Position numbers and translations under genes: made by a program. A model generated the notes under the pieces. It saw nothing but the letters and a program-made list of their open reading frames with translations. It made no database searches and had not been told where the DNA came from. Below are positions 35,285 to 48,276 of a stretch of 64,000 nucleotides of DNA, in pieces (the stretch's first letter is position 1; each line of letters opens with the position of its first letter). Source of the DNA: Rhodosorus marinus CCMP1338 (lineage: Eukaryota > Plantae > Rhodophyta); NCBI GenBank assembly GCA_029953675.1, contig JAMWBK010000005.1, positions 1,860,001-1,924,000 of the forward strand, read 5' to 3'.

Positions 35285-36425
35285 GCCCTGTCCGCGTGTG
35301 TATTCCCTAGTCTTACGCTCACGTTAATGTGAAAGTTGTACCATCATCCCCAGAGAAGAAAGTTCGTATGTCCTTATTGGTGTTAAGGAGCCGGACCGAA
35401 TGAGCGCCTCCGGAGAAGATATCTCCTTGCACCGGTTTTGCCAACTTTGAGTTCTTAGTTCCTGTACTCTTTAGCAGTGATTTTGAAGTTTGAATGAACC
35501 CAGGTAGTTTAACCGCTAAAGACTCTTCTAATTTTTTGTTATCTCACCCGCAACCACCCGTCCACGGGAGAAGTGAAAACCAGAGACGTCTTCACTGCTT
35601 ACAGGAACCAAGCCCAGAACGATTGCGAATATTCAGGGCTCGGAGCTTTTCTTGTGCGAGGGAAACGGTCCATAGAAATCGACACTCGGCGTCTTCTGTG
35701 CTCGGCAGGACTCTACCCGCTCTGTAGGCTCTCAACGATTCAATGTCCCTGAGCACGGTCCGATCACGGCTATCGTAGTACTCCCCGTACCAAAAGGAAC
35801 TACTTGTTCTGACCTTAGGGGTTTTCCGTTGGCAAAGCTACTTGGACGCCCATTGTTTCATTCCTTCACAGACCACAATGCACCACGATTCATACACTGC
35901 AAGAAAGACGTAGAGTGTCTGCCGTACCACCGTTAAGTTAAGTCCTCTTGAATAGTCATTCTCAGAGGCAGTGAACTTCTGTTAAAAAGTACGAGATCAC
36001 GTGCTGGCCATCCCAAGCACCGATGAGCGGGCTTTTAGAATCGAGGCTTATGGAAACCAAAATTTTTCAGTGTTCTAAGTATGGGGGTATGAAAAACGAG
36101 AGCGTTTTGGAGACCACTCCAGGACTGTTAAAGCACTCACCCAACCTGCCATTAGTACCCCTTCCAGACACAGCTTCGGTCCAATGTGCGCGAATATTTC
36201 AGAACATGATCAGATTAAGCATCATCAAAAATAGACCATTTTCGTTTATTCTGAGATGACATTGTGCCGAATTGATGGTAAAGCTTTGGGATAGTAAGTT
36301 GGAGTGGCGAGTTGAGGAGGATGATTTAGAATCCAAAGTACGAGGTTGAAAGTCGGTCTAAGCGAAGGACTTACGGTCTTCGATGGAAGGTCTGCAGAGA
36401 ATTTAGTGACAAGAAGTGAGAGAGA

Positions 36426-37830
36426 ATGGCAGTAGGATTGAAGGGTGATCGGCTGAGGCTTTTGTTGGACATTGTGGAGAATGAAGATGAGCCGCTTAGC
36501 AGTTTGAGCGCGCGGTTTGCGAGAGAGTACGCGGGAGAGGCCGAACTGGTGGCTTCCGGGGTTGTGCTGGCCAGTCTTGTTCAGGATGGTCTCCTTCGCA
36601 GAAGCTCACAGATAGTTACAGCCATGTATCTCCTGAACGAACTCAGCCAGTTGCGACCAAGTGGATCAGATTTGTCTCCGTATACGGGCGTGCTCATCGA
36701 GACCTTCGACGAACCTCTCAGAAGCGAGGAAGATCGCCTATTTCTCTCCCTACTTATAGAATCCAATCTGGTATGTATTTATTATCTAGGCATGAGTCAT
36801 GGAAACACTGGATCATGATCAAAACAAGCTTCTGACCGCAGCTGCCCATCTACTGCAGGCCTCCAGGCAGACGCTTCAGCAACTTCGAGGAAGGACGTCG
36901 GCACAAGTCTCAAAGCTGCTCGCAGATGAAATTGCGAAAGGCCGGACTGCTTCGGAATCACCCGGGCAGACCGAACTAAGAGTTCAGTGGAAGGCCGTCT
37001 GCGAAGGAAGTCGGAAGGAGGATGGCATAATGCCAGTTTCCGGAGTCATTGGCTTAGGAGTTGAGGACTCCTTTGGGAGCAAATCCAGTCTCAGGGATCT
37101 ACTCGGAGACGAAGTGATGACGATAGACATGGTTCCCAAATTTGCGAGACCAGTGCCTCCACTAATGCCGGTGTCGGAAGGTGAACTGCGGTGGATGGAC
37201 CCCGAGGCTTATCACGAGGTGATATGGGATACAACCATGTCTCTGGAGCCCGATCGGGGTGCCGAGCTAAGAGAATTAATATCAAAGGCGCTTCGATCTC
37301 CGCTTCAGCCGGCACAGCAGAGACAAGTCGAGGTGCAACTGAGAAGCGATCCCGGACTTGTTCACTGTTGTGGACTAACCCCTAAAAAGCTGCCTGATTT
37401 GGTGGAGAAGAATCCGCACGTTGCCGTTATGGTTTTGCTTAAGCTCGTCTCCTCACGGCAAATGCCACAGTACCTGTCGACTCTGGTCAACATGGACCTC
37501 AGTTTGCATTCCATGGAGGTAGTCAACGCCGTTACCACTGCGGTGGAGCTCCCACAAGAGTACGTTCACAAGTACATTTCCAAGAGCATTCTTCGGTGTG
37601 GCAACATCGAGGACAAGTACATGCAGAACCGAGTAGTGAGGCTCGTGTGCGTGTTCCTCATGAATCTCATCAAGAACAACATTATCAGCGTGGAAGGGAG
37701 CTTGTTCGTCGAGGTGCAAACATTCTGCGTGGAGTTTAGCCGGATAAGAGAAGCCGCCGATTTGTTCCGGCTTTTGAAGAATGTTAACCAGAACAATGCG
37801 GGGTATATGGGACACATTCAACTCTCGTAG
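36426..37830 (+). CDS. CNOT11: CCR4-NOT complex subunit 11, 438 aa, 2 exons
   Basis: C-terminal LTPKKLPDLVEKNP...SLHSMEVVN...DKYMQNRVVRLVCVFL..LI...FVEVQTFCVEFSRIREAADLFRLLK is the conserved CNOT11 region. Phase-0 intron GTATGT..TGCAG at 36771-36858. Confidence 0.92.
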
Positions 37831-38350
37831 CCGCCATGAGCCTGCCTGTTTATAGTGGAGGACTAGGAAGAACATCCTGAAAGCGAGAGAGGGCGGCCCA
37901 GCAAATGAACCTGTGTTGGATAAATATATGCTTGGAATATGATTGTGAATACTTTTGCATTGGAAGGTGGAGACAAGCGGTTACCACATGTTGGGGATCG
38001 TCATTCAGCAACTACCTGCTCTCCAGAAAAATGATTCGCAAGAAGCGGTTGCATTGAGCGCAACTGCAGCGCAAGGGAGAGGTGGACTGGTCGCGCGGAA
38101 AGGTCCAACTACGGAACTGTCTTCCAGTACATAGTCACGCTTTGGTCCACTGCTGAACTGTAGTCGTGATCAGATTCCCCTGGAGCACACAGCTATGTAT
38201 CTACTAGGAGGAACACGAAATGAATAAAATGCTTCTTCATTGTAAGAAGGTCGTTCAAGGATCCGCATGTCAAGTCAGTTTCGCAACCCTTATACCGACC
38301 GCTGTCAATTGCGAGGTCGTCCTATCACAATTCGCACACACTCCTTCTCC

Positions 38351-38472
38351 GCGACAGGGAGCCCTTAATTCTTATTCGAGGCGTTCGTTAGTCTATACTT
38401 CCTTGTGAGTGCGACAGGGAGCCCTTAATTCTTATTCGAGGCGTTCGTTAGTCTATACTTCCTTGTGAGTGC
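38351..38472. repeat. Exact 60-bp tandem duplication spanning a stop codon
   Basis: 38351-38410 is identical to 38411-38470, with 2 further matching nt. The unit includes the last codons and TAG of the 38453-39850 gene. Confidence 0.95.
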
Positions 38473-39850
38473 TTTCGAGAGAAGTTTCTCCTTCAGCCTC
38501 TGAGTTGGTACACGTAAACAGGTCCAGGACCGCGTCCACTTCGCGAACGAGAACCTCGTTCCTCGATACCTTCGCCGTCTTCACCGTGACCACAATCATG
38601 CTGCATACAGCTATTGTATAGAATATGTATGCCAACAATCCGCCGATTCCGCTCGCCCGAGTGCCTAGTCCTTGAACAACTGGGATATAGACGCGCCTGC
38701 GGTAGTCTATGCCGACAACGAGCATGAGCACAATCTGGGACAAGAAGCACAGGCGTTGAAACCTCGTCTTGGACGCGAGTAGAGCAAATAGGATCAACAG
38801 CATCATCCCCAGGTATTGCGTGGCTAGCCACAACTGAGTTATCACAACCGCCATTTCATGCTGCGAGTCCACTAAGGCGCCGAAGGGATCGCGTCCCAGC
38901 GTTGAGTAGAGTATCAGAGACGAAAGCAGGAAAATCAGGTTCGAAAGGTGGCCAACAAGGATGTACTGGCGAACCGAGAAGACGACATAGGATCGGTAGA
39001 CACCGTACAGGATAAACGATAGAGGAAGAAGCAGCATCAGGAAGATCACAAACTGTGCAATCGGCTGCGAGTATTTGACGCCAACAACCGGAAGAAGCTC
39101 ATCATCAAGATCCTGCTTCATTTTCTGGGTCCTCCTCAAAAGCTTCTTAAGGTTATCCTCAAAGGCTCTTCCAACTCTTTTCGAAGCAAGAAATTCTCCC
39201 ATGTTCTGGGTTCGCTTCAGGATCCACTCCGAGAGTTGCGGGTCTTGCACTTCCCCAGAGACCTTCTCGAGTGCTCCCTTAAGTTCCTTTAGTTGTCCGA
39301 CAAGTTCTTTCTGAAATTTAGTATCGAGGTCATGCTCATCCTTCATGAACTGCAGCTTTTCCTTCAGATTCCTGACCTCCTCTGAATCACCCCTGGTAGC
39401 CGTTGCAGTGAAAGCGTCCTCGTCGTCCTCATCGTAGTCCTCGTCTTCGTCATCGTAGTCGTAGTCTTCGTCTTCGTCTTCATCCTCATCACCTGCACCT
39501 CTGTGCGCACCCCTTTTTCGTTCGTACTGTTCTATACTATCCCGATCATCCTCTCGGATAGCTGATTCTTCATCTTCATCTTCATCTTCATCTTCGTCTT
39601 CATCTTCGTCTTCGTCTTCGTCCGGGTCTTCGCCGGCATCACCCTCTGCGTTGGCTGCGTCGTCCTCATCGTCCTCATCGTCCTCATCACCTGCCTGTCC
39701 TTGATCTCGAATTCTATTGTTGAGCTTACTCGCAGCAGCTTCTAGTAGAGCGTCAGTTTCATCAACAGCATTTTCCTTCTCTTCCGAAACCACAACGGAA
39801 AACGCGCACAATGCGAGGGTCAAAAGCAGTAGTAACGACAGCTTTCTCAT
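38453..39850 (-). CDS. Uncharacterised membrane protein: signal peptide, long Asp/Glu tract, coiled coil, about 5 TM helices, 465 aa
   Basis: Intronless 465-aa ORF. Signal peptide MRKLSLLLLLTLALCAFSVVVS, (DE)n runs encoded by TCx microsatellites, heptad region, and five hydrophobic segments near the C-terminus. Confidence 0.85.
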   Translation of the reverse strand: MRKLSLLLLLTLALCAFSVVVSEEKENAVDETDALLEAAASKLNNRIRDQGQAGDEDDEDDEDDAANAEGDAGEDPDEDEDEDEDEDEDEDEDEESAIREDDRDSIEQYERKRGAHRGAGDEDEDEDEDYDYDDEDEDYDEDDEDAFTATATRGDSEEVRNLKEKLQFMKDEHDLDTKFQKELVGQLKELKGALEKVSGEVQDPQLSEWILKRTQNMGEFLASKRVGRAFEDNLKKLLRRTQKMKQDLDDELLPVVGVKYSQPIAQFVIFLMLLLPLSFILYGVYRSYVVFSVRQYILVGHLSNLIFLLSSLILYSTLGRDPFGALVDSQHEMAVVITQLWLATQYLGMMLLILFALLASKTRFQRLCFLSQIVLMLVVGIDYRRRVYIPVVQGLGTRASGIGGLLAYIFYTIAVCSMIVVTVKTAKVSRNEVLVREVDAVLDLFTCTNSEAEGETSLESTHKEV

Positions 39851-41778
39851 GTTTATAAGAATTCTGTGACGTTCGACTCTGTGTTTCAGCTAGCGTCCAC
39901 TTCGGACGATCTCAGTCCTCACCCAAGCCCCACTCCAGCCAAAACAGCAAAACCAAAACTCAAAGGGTCCGCGATTGAAAGTCTGAATTAACTAAAATCC
40001 GCTCAAGAATCTAGGAAAAGATACCCTCGTCGCTTGCAAACAAAATAATCCCCTTTCCTTCACTCAACCCACAAGGCTCCCGCTCGTAGATCAAGATTTT
40101 CAGATATGGATTCTACAAAAAGAAAACATGGAGTCTAACCTCTTTCCTTCTTCGTCCATCACATCCAACCCTCGTCCGCTCCGTCCGTGTTAACACACTC
40201 ACAGATACACTACTCAACGAGGCTACCTCCTCCCTCAAGTCAACCTTGCCAAGGCGGGGACGCCCACTCTTAAGTATCCTCACTCTGCACAGCCAATCTT
40301 CCTTTAGAAGGGGGGAGGGGGAGAGTGCGGGCCAAAAGCTCCTCGCGACCAATGTTCCTCAAGGCCAAATATTTCTCAACAACCAATGTTCCTAAATCCT
40401 AAACGGCTAATGCTCCTCGTCATTCAGAGGGCCGATGTTACATAAAGTCTAGCCCCAGGAGCTTCAGTCCAAAACAGTACTGGGCCATTCCGGGACGAGT
40501 AAAAAACTATTTAAAAACTATGTGCTACGTCTTGCACGATATCTAATTGTTCTAAAAATGCGAACAACCTAAGGAACAAATGGCAAATAATGAATATCGT
40601 CATTTTGCTCCTACATGTAATGAAAAAAAAGCAGGAGATTTTCGGTGTTCAGATAGTTTTGCAGTACTATTCTAGTACTGTTCCATCCAAAAAACGTGTC
40701 CTCGGAATCCAGCAGGGTGGGCAAGGATAAGTTAGGCCTAGTGCTGGAAAGTCTAGTACTGCCGTACATTTCCTGTTATGTCGAGGTGCATAGGAGTGTT
40801 CTGGTTGAACCTGAAGGTGGTCTTCCAGGAACAAATTTCCTCTTGAGCAACGAGGAAGACAGCGCTCGTGTTGGCAACCTGCTGACGATCGATCCAAGCC
40901 TCGAAGCAGAATATAGTTAAGATTTTTATTTGATTTACATAATAAATTAATATCGTTGCGTGCCTTTTCCCAATCCACGAGTTTTGCTTCCGAGGTATCC
41001 AGGCTGGAATCCTGCTCGCCCAAGTTGTGGCGTTGTCCCAGAAAATAGACCCATATCTACTTCAAATCTACAATTATAATAAGTTTTAGGAACCAAAGGT
41101 GCAATTGATTCTTTAAAGTAGGGAGAGTCGAATCTCATGTACAAGTAGGGTGTTGGATATTGCGTCATTATCAAGTATTCGTCCTTTTCTTCTTATTTTA
41201 CCCCCTTGCTTTGAGTTTATGGGAAAGCTGTCAAGTGGGTTTTGATTTCTGTGAGAACCTCCCCGAAGAGTTCTAACAATTTCATAGACAACAGGCCTGT
41301 AATTTAGGAAGCGAATTTTCCACTGGTCACGCGATAAAGCACGAAAGTCCCGGTCCTTCCAAGATGAGTTCTCCCGCTCGGATAGGTCAGTTCCCAAAGC
41401 TTTTCTTCACAAAGCTAGTTGAGGAACCAGCAAATCGCTGGCCAGCTTTGCTCTACTTGCAGTAGGGTGCGAGTAGAGTGCGAAGATCTTTGAGCGAATT
41501 AATCGTCATGTTATTAAGCGGGTCCTGCTTTATCCATACAAAGATAAATATATGCTTGGTCTCTATTCAATTACGTCGACGTGCGTGTTCGTGCACCGAC
41601 GCCTAATTTTCAGTGAGCTACGTTAGAAAGAAGAGGCACATGTATGTTCAAACCCGCAGCAATGCCGCGGGTGCCTAGGTCCAGTAAAAACCAACGTATC
41701 CAAAAAACTATATACCCCCTTTCCTATTGTCCGTCGGGGTCATTTTCTGTCCATTTTGCCGCCAAGCGACTAGGTGAG

Positions 41779-42612
41779 CTATTCCTGCGCTGAAACAGCA
41801 ATTGAGTCTCTGCTTTGCTGCACTCCTATCCCAAACGGATAGGGCACAAACGATTGTGTAGCATTGTTGGCTTCGCCACTGCATGATGATCTCCGCATCG
41901 CGCCAAACACCGGGTGACCATAAGCCTGAACATCCGACAAATACTGCTCGGAAGTCATGAGCAGGGAGATCCGATCACCAAAAATGTCCATCGTCAATGC
42001 GGGTAAGGGCACCCTATTCGACACGGTCCTCGCTTGCGAAGGATACTGGTACTGCTCCCCTCTAGGATAACCGTACGCTTCCGGTGCGTGCATCATCGAC
42101 TGGTGCATTTTTGGGGTGTCTGCAACTATGACCGGACGCCCATGCGTATACTCTACCGGCTTTGTAAGATATACTGCTCCCTGAGGTTCCACATGGTTCT
42201 TCCATCCCTTGGCAACTTTGCTATGCTCACAGTAGGCACACAAGCATCCCTTGCCGGTATGGCCCAAGCCTGCACCTTCTAGTACATACGACTGCTGAGC
42301 TGGCGCACTTGGATAGTACACACCCCTGGAATCACTCGCGTATGCATACGGATGGTGTACAAAATTCTCCCAAGAACTTTCCTTGGCTCGTACCGTCTCA
42401 CCAGTATGTTGCACGAAGCCACCATAAACCGGTCCTCCTACTGACATTTGGAGCTCTTCTTTCACAAGGTGAGTCTCACTTGGTGATGAGGCTCTAGGGC
42501 CTTGGACACCACCGTTACGCTTCGCACCTCCCTTTTTCACTTTCTCCTTCGTCTTTGAACGCTTCCCACTGCTGTCGGAAGATCTCGTACGACCTCCCTT
42601 CCTCTTCTCCAT
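41779..42612 (-). CDS. Orphan protein, 277 aa, basic NLS-like N-terminus, Tyr/Pro/Gln-rich body
   Basis: Long ATG-initiated ORF preceded by a G-rich leader. Contains a CLCAYCEH Cys/His cluster. No family recognised. Confidence 0.6.
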   Translation of the reverse strand: MEKRKGGRTRSSDSSGKRSKTKEKVKKGGAKRNGGVQGPRASSPSETHLVKEELQMSVGGPVYGGFVQHTGETVRAKESSWENFVHHPYAYASDSRGVYYPSAPAQQSYVLEGAGLGHTGKGCLCAYCEHSKVAKGWKNHVEPQGAVYLTKPVEYTHGRPVIVADTPKMHQSMMHAPEAYGYPRGEQYQYPSQARTVSNRVPLPALTMDIFGDRISLLMTSEQYLSDVQAYGHPVFGAMRRSSCSGEANNATQSFVPYPFGIGVQQSRDSIAVSAQE

Positions 42613-43229
42613 GGTTCCTCCTCTTGCCTCAAGCTCCTTCCCCCGTCATCATCCTTCGATGATAACCCAGCTACAAGTGTCTTCGACTTCAACCACGGAA
42701 TCCCTGCTTCTACAATCACGACCTAGTTAGTTACCCCCTGCAGTAGCCCTTCCCACATCCCAAACGCAACCGCCACCCGCCCCACAAACTTGTATACGCC
42801 GAGGAGCACTTTTCGCCAAACAATACCAAAGAAACAACCGCTCATCAATTCAATCAAATTTTATTCGAAAAGTAAAATAATAATACTATATTCAATCTGG
42901 TTTATCACATACTCAAGTCCCAAGCCACTGCTGACCCCATTGTTGTGGCTGTGGCCTCTGCTGCGTGATTGTCTAGGGGGGGATATAGTTGACGCAAAAA
43001 CTAGGCGGATCTATAATATTACTAATATTCATGACGATTCACGATTTGCCGCCCCAAGATGAGGGGCTCTGTTATTGTTGATTTGCAAACCGTGAAATGT
43101 TTGCAAAGAATGGAAAATATCTGTCTCGTAGAGACGGAGCTCAAAGTATTCATTGCTCCTATTGGATAAGTATTGAGTGAAATCTTCTTGAATATCTTTG
43201 ATTTTATATTTCAGGACCTCTTATTGGTA

Positions 43230-43750
43230 TACTAACCGGCGAATCCAAGCCCCAGAAGCTTTTCCCAATCAATACGAAAGGATGCACGAATCTTAAGCCA
43301 ATCATATGAGTGATTCCGCGCAAAAAGGTGCCATCTTCCTTGAGAGTAAGGAAATAATAACGTCAGATATACCAAAAAAAAAAGTTGATATTCATGGGCA
43401 CTGTTGGTTCCGGGGGGGGGCGAGTACTTGAAGAATTGTACGTGCTCAGCCATGTCAGGGATCAAGAAAGAAGAGCAGCGGGTACAGGTTCTGGGGATAA
43501 ATTGGGGGAAGTCCAACTTGGGTGAACAGAAGTCTACCGTTGGAGCGAAGACTTCCTCGTAGTCCACACCTTGCCCCGTTGCACGAATCCTCCAGCGACG
43601 AGGCGTACTTTGAAACGCTGTACTGACCCGTAAAATATTTGGGCAATGCATCGCCGAAGGATAGGAAGACAAACGATTGGATAACTGAAAACAAACGGAC
43701 CACTGAACATGCTTGCTACGTTGTATACTGTTTGCAGAACCCACTTTTCA
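43230..43750 (-). mobile_element. Degenerate Ty1/copia reverse-transcriptase relic
   Basis: The minus strand around 43630-43530 reads GSVQRFKVRLVAGGFVQR, then after a 1-nt frameshift QGVDYEEVFAPTVDF. This matches the copia RT start motif DGSxERYKARLVAxGFxQxxGVDYxExFAPV. Flanks are decayed; no LTRs recognised; boundaries approximate. Confidence 0.75.
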
Positions 43751-46700
43751 TGTGGGAGCGAACGGGAGTTTTCGTTGCGAAGGCGATGGGAACTCTTGAA
43801 GATAGCCTTAGTCTTTTTTTCCCCTCGGAGTTTTTTTTTTCAGCCTCCGATTAAAACCATTCGTTCGTTGGTTCCAGGGGTCGCAGGGGAGCGAGAACAG
43901 GGGGGAAGAAAAAGAAAACGCACCAACCATTGTGATGATGAAGAATTCCCACCACGTTGCAGCAAAACGATTGGCCCCTTGGTGGCGGATATTTGGAGGC
44001 TTGTTTCAACCCCGTATATTCTAGAGTGTTGCATTTATTTTGAAAACAAATATGTACTAAATCCGTAAAAAACGTGCACACATCTGGGGGGTAGGTATGT
44101 GCAATTTGTCCTGGTACGGGTGCTTCCAACTTTTCGACTAAAGATCTTCGTTTGGTGGCTGAAAGGAGGATTTTGGGAATGGAGACATAGTGCTGAACCT
44201 TTCTGATTGGACAAAAAGCCGACGTTTCGTGGTCTGGTTCAAGATCGTTTCAACTTTCCATTTTTATCTTGGATGAACGCCTAACGGACTGAAGGATCGT
44301 CTTTGGGGAGGCTTTTGAACGCGATTTCTTAATTTTTGGGCTCGAGCGGAAAGATTGACAGCCCGACCATTTGGTTAGTCGTTTGTTCAGGAAACGAAGT
44401 GTACTATTTATACTAGGTGGGTTTTCAGCAAACTAAGGGAGGACTGCCGGTGGCATTTTGCAATCAACGATCCGTTCCTTCGACAGGCGTTTCGGGCTCT
44501 CAAGAACAACTCGCACAAATCTGCCGAGCTAGTGTCTAAGCAAGTCGTAGACTGTTCCTCCCCGCTTGCCAGATACCCTGCAAAGCTGAGCTTCCTTGCG
44601 CACAACAGGCTCGTTCCTTGCGTACAGTGCTGCGTTCCCTTCCCGAGGTTGCTAACCCTCGGACGAAGGTCTCAGCATTGACAGGACGTTTAGAAGGAGA
44701 CGCGCCAAGAACAGGAAGGTGAAGTATGCCGCAGACTTGCTCTTGTGATTGGATGGCTATTTTGAGAACGTTGCAAGTACGTGGCAGTCACAGCCTAGCA
44801 AAACAACGAAGCAGCAGCTATCCGAGCGCGTTCTAAACCGACTTCGTTCTTAGCATTTTTGTAGGCTTGTTGTAGTTAAATAGAGAGCCACCAACGGGGC
44901 TGGAACGTAGCGAAAAGCTTACTCAGCGAGCGAACGGGAGCCGTGAATCACCTTTCAGTTCTAGACATAATCTCACACCGCTTCCCGCTTATTGGACCTG
45001 TGTCCTCATGCATCATTCGCGGAATGGAAGTGAAAATGGTTTGTGACCACAAGGACCACAAGGGTAGTTCCTCTCTCTCTTGAGTGAGGACTCCAAGACG
45101 AGGACACGTATTCATGCACTCATTGAGTTTTCCATATATGTTTGTTTTTGGCTTTTGTTTGCGTTTAACGTGACCAGGTTGGACTGGAAAAGCCACCGCG
45201 GCCCGGATGCTCAGTTGTCCGCTTCCGTGAATATGAAAAAATGGGCGACAGTGAGCCAGAAGAGACCACTACCGAAACCATTAACAAGGTAGAAACATGC
45301 AAATTTATTACACGCAGACATTGCCCCTCTCCGACCTCGACTTTTGCGAAGGCGCTTTTGGATCCGAACCACAAATCCATATGGATGGGTGCTGACTCAC
45401 TTCAATCGATAGATCATTGGAGCCAATACCTCATCGTGCGCATGTCCGTCACTTGCACGTGCCCTGCAAGACTGTTCATATATAGCCACCAATTTACCGC
45501 AATTTGAAACCTTCTCCAAGCCTCAATGTTGGACTAATCCATTCAGAAATCCATTTTGAAGCAGTGTCCCGCCTTTTGACGTTCGCTCCTAGTCTTGCTG
45601 CGGCTGCTTTTGATTGAGACGTTTCTCTCCTGCGCATTTCTGGATTGGTCGGGGTTTATGGATGGCGGGATTTGCAACCGATAGCTCAGGCGTGGGTTTA
45701 GCCCCAACAACGGAAGGACATCGCTATTACTGTTTTAGATCAACTCAAGTAAAAGAAATATCGTTTTCCTCTCTGATCATGATCATTATATGCCCGGGAG
45801 CGAGGGATCAAGAGTTTGGCATTCTTACCTTTTTGGTTTTGATATACCGCGATAGAGTCGAATATCCACTATATGATTATCCTGAAAAGAGAGGAGCCCC
45901 AAGTGTTTCGCCTCGATGAACTCGTAACCGACCAGTTGCACTCTATGAACAACTCACAACTTCTCCAACCCAGCCATAGTGAGGATACTAGTAGAAATCA
46001 GAGTGTAGAAGTGATTGTTAACCCCTCGATGCCACTTGTTCAATGGCTGGTCGTGTACCTCACAATTGAAAAACCCGTAAGTTCCTGGAAAGATTGAGCC
46101 TCGACCTCTGACGTCGGAGCTCGAACTGGAACTGCACCCAGCCAGTGGCTGCTTAGCAGCCTGTGGAAAGACAACTACTCCCTTGAAACAGGACTGAGGG
46201 TTGGAGCCTCTAGGAGGCGAATACATCGCCAGTAACTTGCTCGACAGCCGAATACTGGCTCACAACTCCCTCCAAACAGAGCAGTCAAGACATCGAACGC
46301 TAATTCAAGGGCTAACCCATCCGCGTACCCTTGGGTTGGAGGATTACAAACGCGCTCATCTAAAAGATAGCTCGCAGATAAGATCCACGATCTTAGCAAG
46401 CCCGGGACCTACTGACACAAGGCCCAAAAAAAGAAAGAACAAACTGTTTTGGGTCAATCAGGAGTCGGGAGGACCGTGAACTCCTTTCTGGGAGGCTTGT
46501 CTGCGCACGATTTTGCAACCCTTGTCCCCTCGTGATCGTGATCAGGAAGGAGTCTGGAACGCCGTGGGGATACTAGGGTAAGCCTAAACTACAAAGCTCA
46601 ATCCCACTTCCGTACATGGGCACCACCTGCCAACGAATCAACACCAATATCGAATCAATGTTCAAATCCTGATGACACAGTCCTCGCCCACACGGGCCTT

Positions 46701-48276
46701 CCAAAATATCCACAACTTTTTTAAAAAGTACGATTTCGAAGCGGCTGGCGGGAGAAAGCGCTCCACACAGACATCACCTGGTCCCTCCCTTTTCCAGACT
46801 CCAAAAACCCAAGTGGAGATCCCCAGAATAGATATCTCATTAACAATAGCCAAACCTTTAAGAAAATACACCGCTTTTTCCAGGTACTATACAATCTAAA
46901 AATAAATCTCAATAGATTTTTACGCGCTAATAAAATCCATCAAAGCAGAATTTACGATATCTCTCAAGTCTTCGTTCCATCAATCCGCAAAGCGCGAAAT
47001 TAGAAATTCTTGACGTAAATGGAGGAAGCTCGCAATTATTTTCAGGTTTTACTTATGTTACACCTGAACGTGACCTACCCAATCAAGAGATCGATCAAGC
47101 TCGATTCCAATCCGCTCTCCAATCAAAACGCTCGAATCGGTTCTATGTTCTAAAAACATGTTTAATATTGTGGGCTCCCCTTGGCTCACTGCTCGCAGAG
47201 TAGGTACGACTTACATAGTAACCACACGATTAAAAAATAACCAAAAGTTAATAATATTACAAACTATATGATAAGAAGAACGATATAGATACACCTTGAG
47301 GTGACCGTTCGTGTAACTATCAAGTCAGTTGCCTTGACATGAAAGATGCCATACCTCGGACAAACCGAGTACGTACAAGGGTCCGTACCATGCGGAGAAA
47401 TTATTACCACTATTGTTTTTGATATGTTTTTTATTGCATTAGAAAAGGTCATTAGAGAATTCCTCCCACCCCTAGATTTGGCTTTTTGCAAGACGGCATT
47501 CACTACGTGCGTTTTATTTACGCGCTCCCGAATGCGGGAGGAAAAAAGGAGAAAACGGGGGTAGGGGTGGTTAAGTGCTGCTTGTTCGCCCTCGCTGAAG
47601 TCACGAGCGGGACTTTCGCTCCCCATTTTGTTTTTCTCTGTCTGTTCGGCGGAAATCCCGACTCGAATTTGCGACATTCACAATTACGACTCGTTTACAC
47701 TTCTGTGCTAATCATCCGAAAAACGTTCCGAATGGGAATATTATAAGGGGGGTTTTGAGAGGCTTACTTTCTTGCCCGTATCTTCATTCCATGGTTACTT
47801 TTTTAAAGCGTTGGCGATGGTAGAAAGTGGGGCAACGTTAACAGACTACTATATATACAGCTGCCAGAAAACGGACAGGATTGGTACTGCCAGCAGGCCC
47901 AAATTTTATTTTTTTTGTTCTTCTTCTGTAATTTTTCCTGGACAATCTTAGGGTTTTGAGGCTCAACAAGAAAAAAAAGGCGTATTTGGGGAAGGAGTTT
48001 TCTTGTGGGTAATAGGGTTGAGGAGGAGGAGGTAGGAGGAGGAGGGGGAGGGGTAGGGTGTGGGTGTGTTGCATCCAGTGGTCTTATGCTTCTTGGTGCG
48101 GTTGGGTGAAACGGAGGTTTTCTATAGGGTTGGTCGTGGTTGTCAAATGGATGATCGGATGTGAAGGACAAACGAGAGCTTTTGTAATGATAGTGCCTAC
48201 TGCGAAGTTGTTTGAGGCTGAGCTGTGTGCTTGTCATGGTTCGGAGGGTTGCGTGTGTTTACTGCACGAGCGGACT

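Noticed and set aside
39420-39700. (TCx)n arrays that look like a spaced repeat array
   Set aside because: They are coding microsatellites for poly-Asp/Glu; no constant repeat with unique spacers, so not CRISPR.
47264-47677. HPYPRFLLFSSRIRERV faintly like an HMG-box start
   Set aside because: The downstream conserved Trp and helix pattern is missing; non-ATG start; probably chance.
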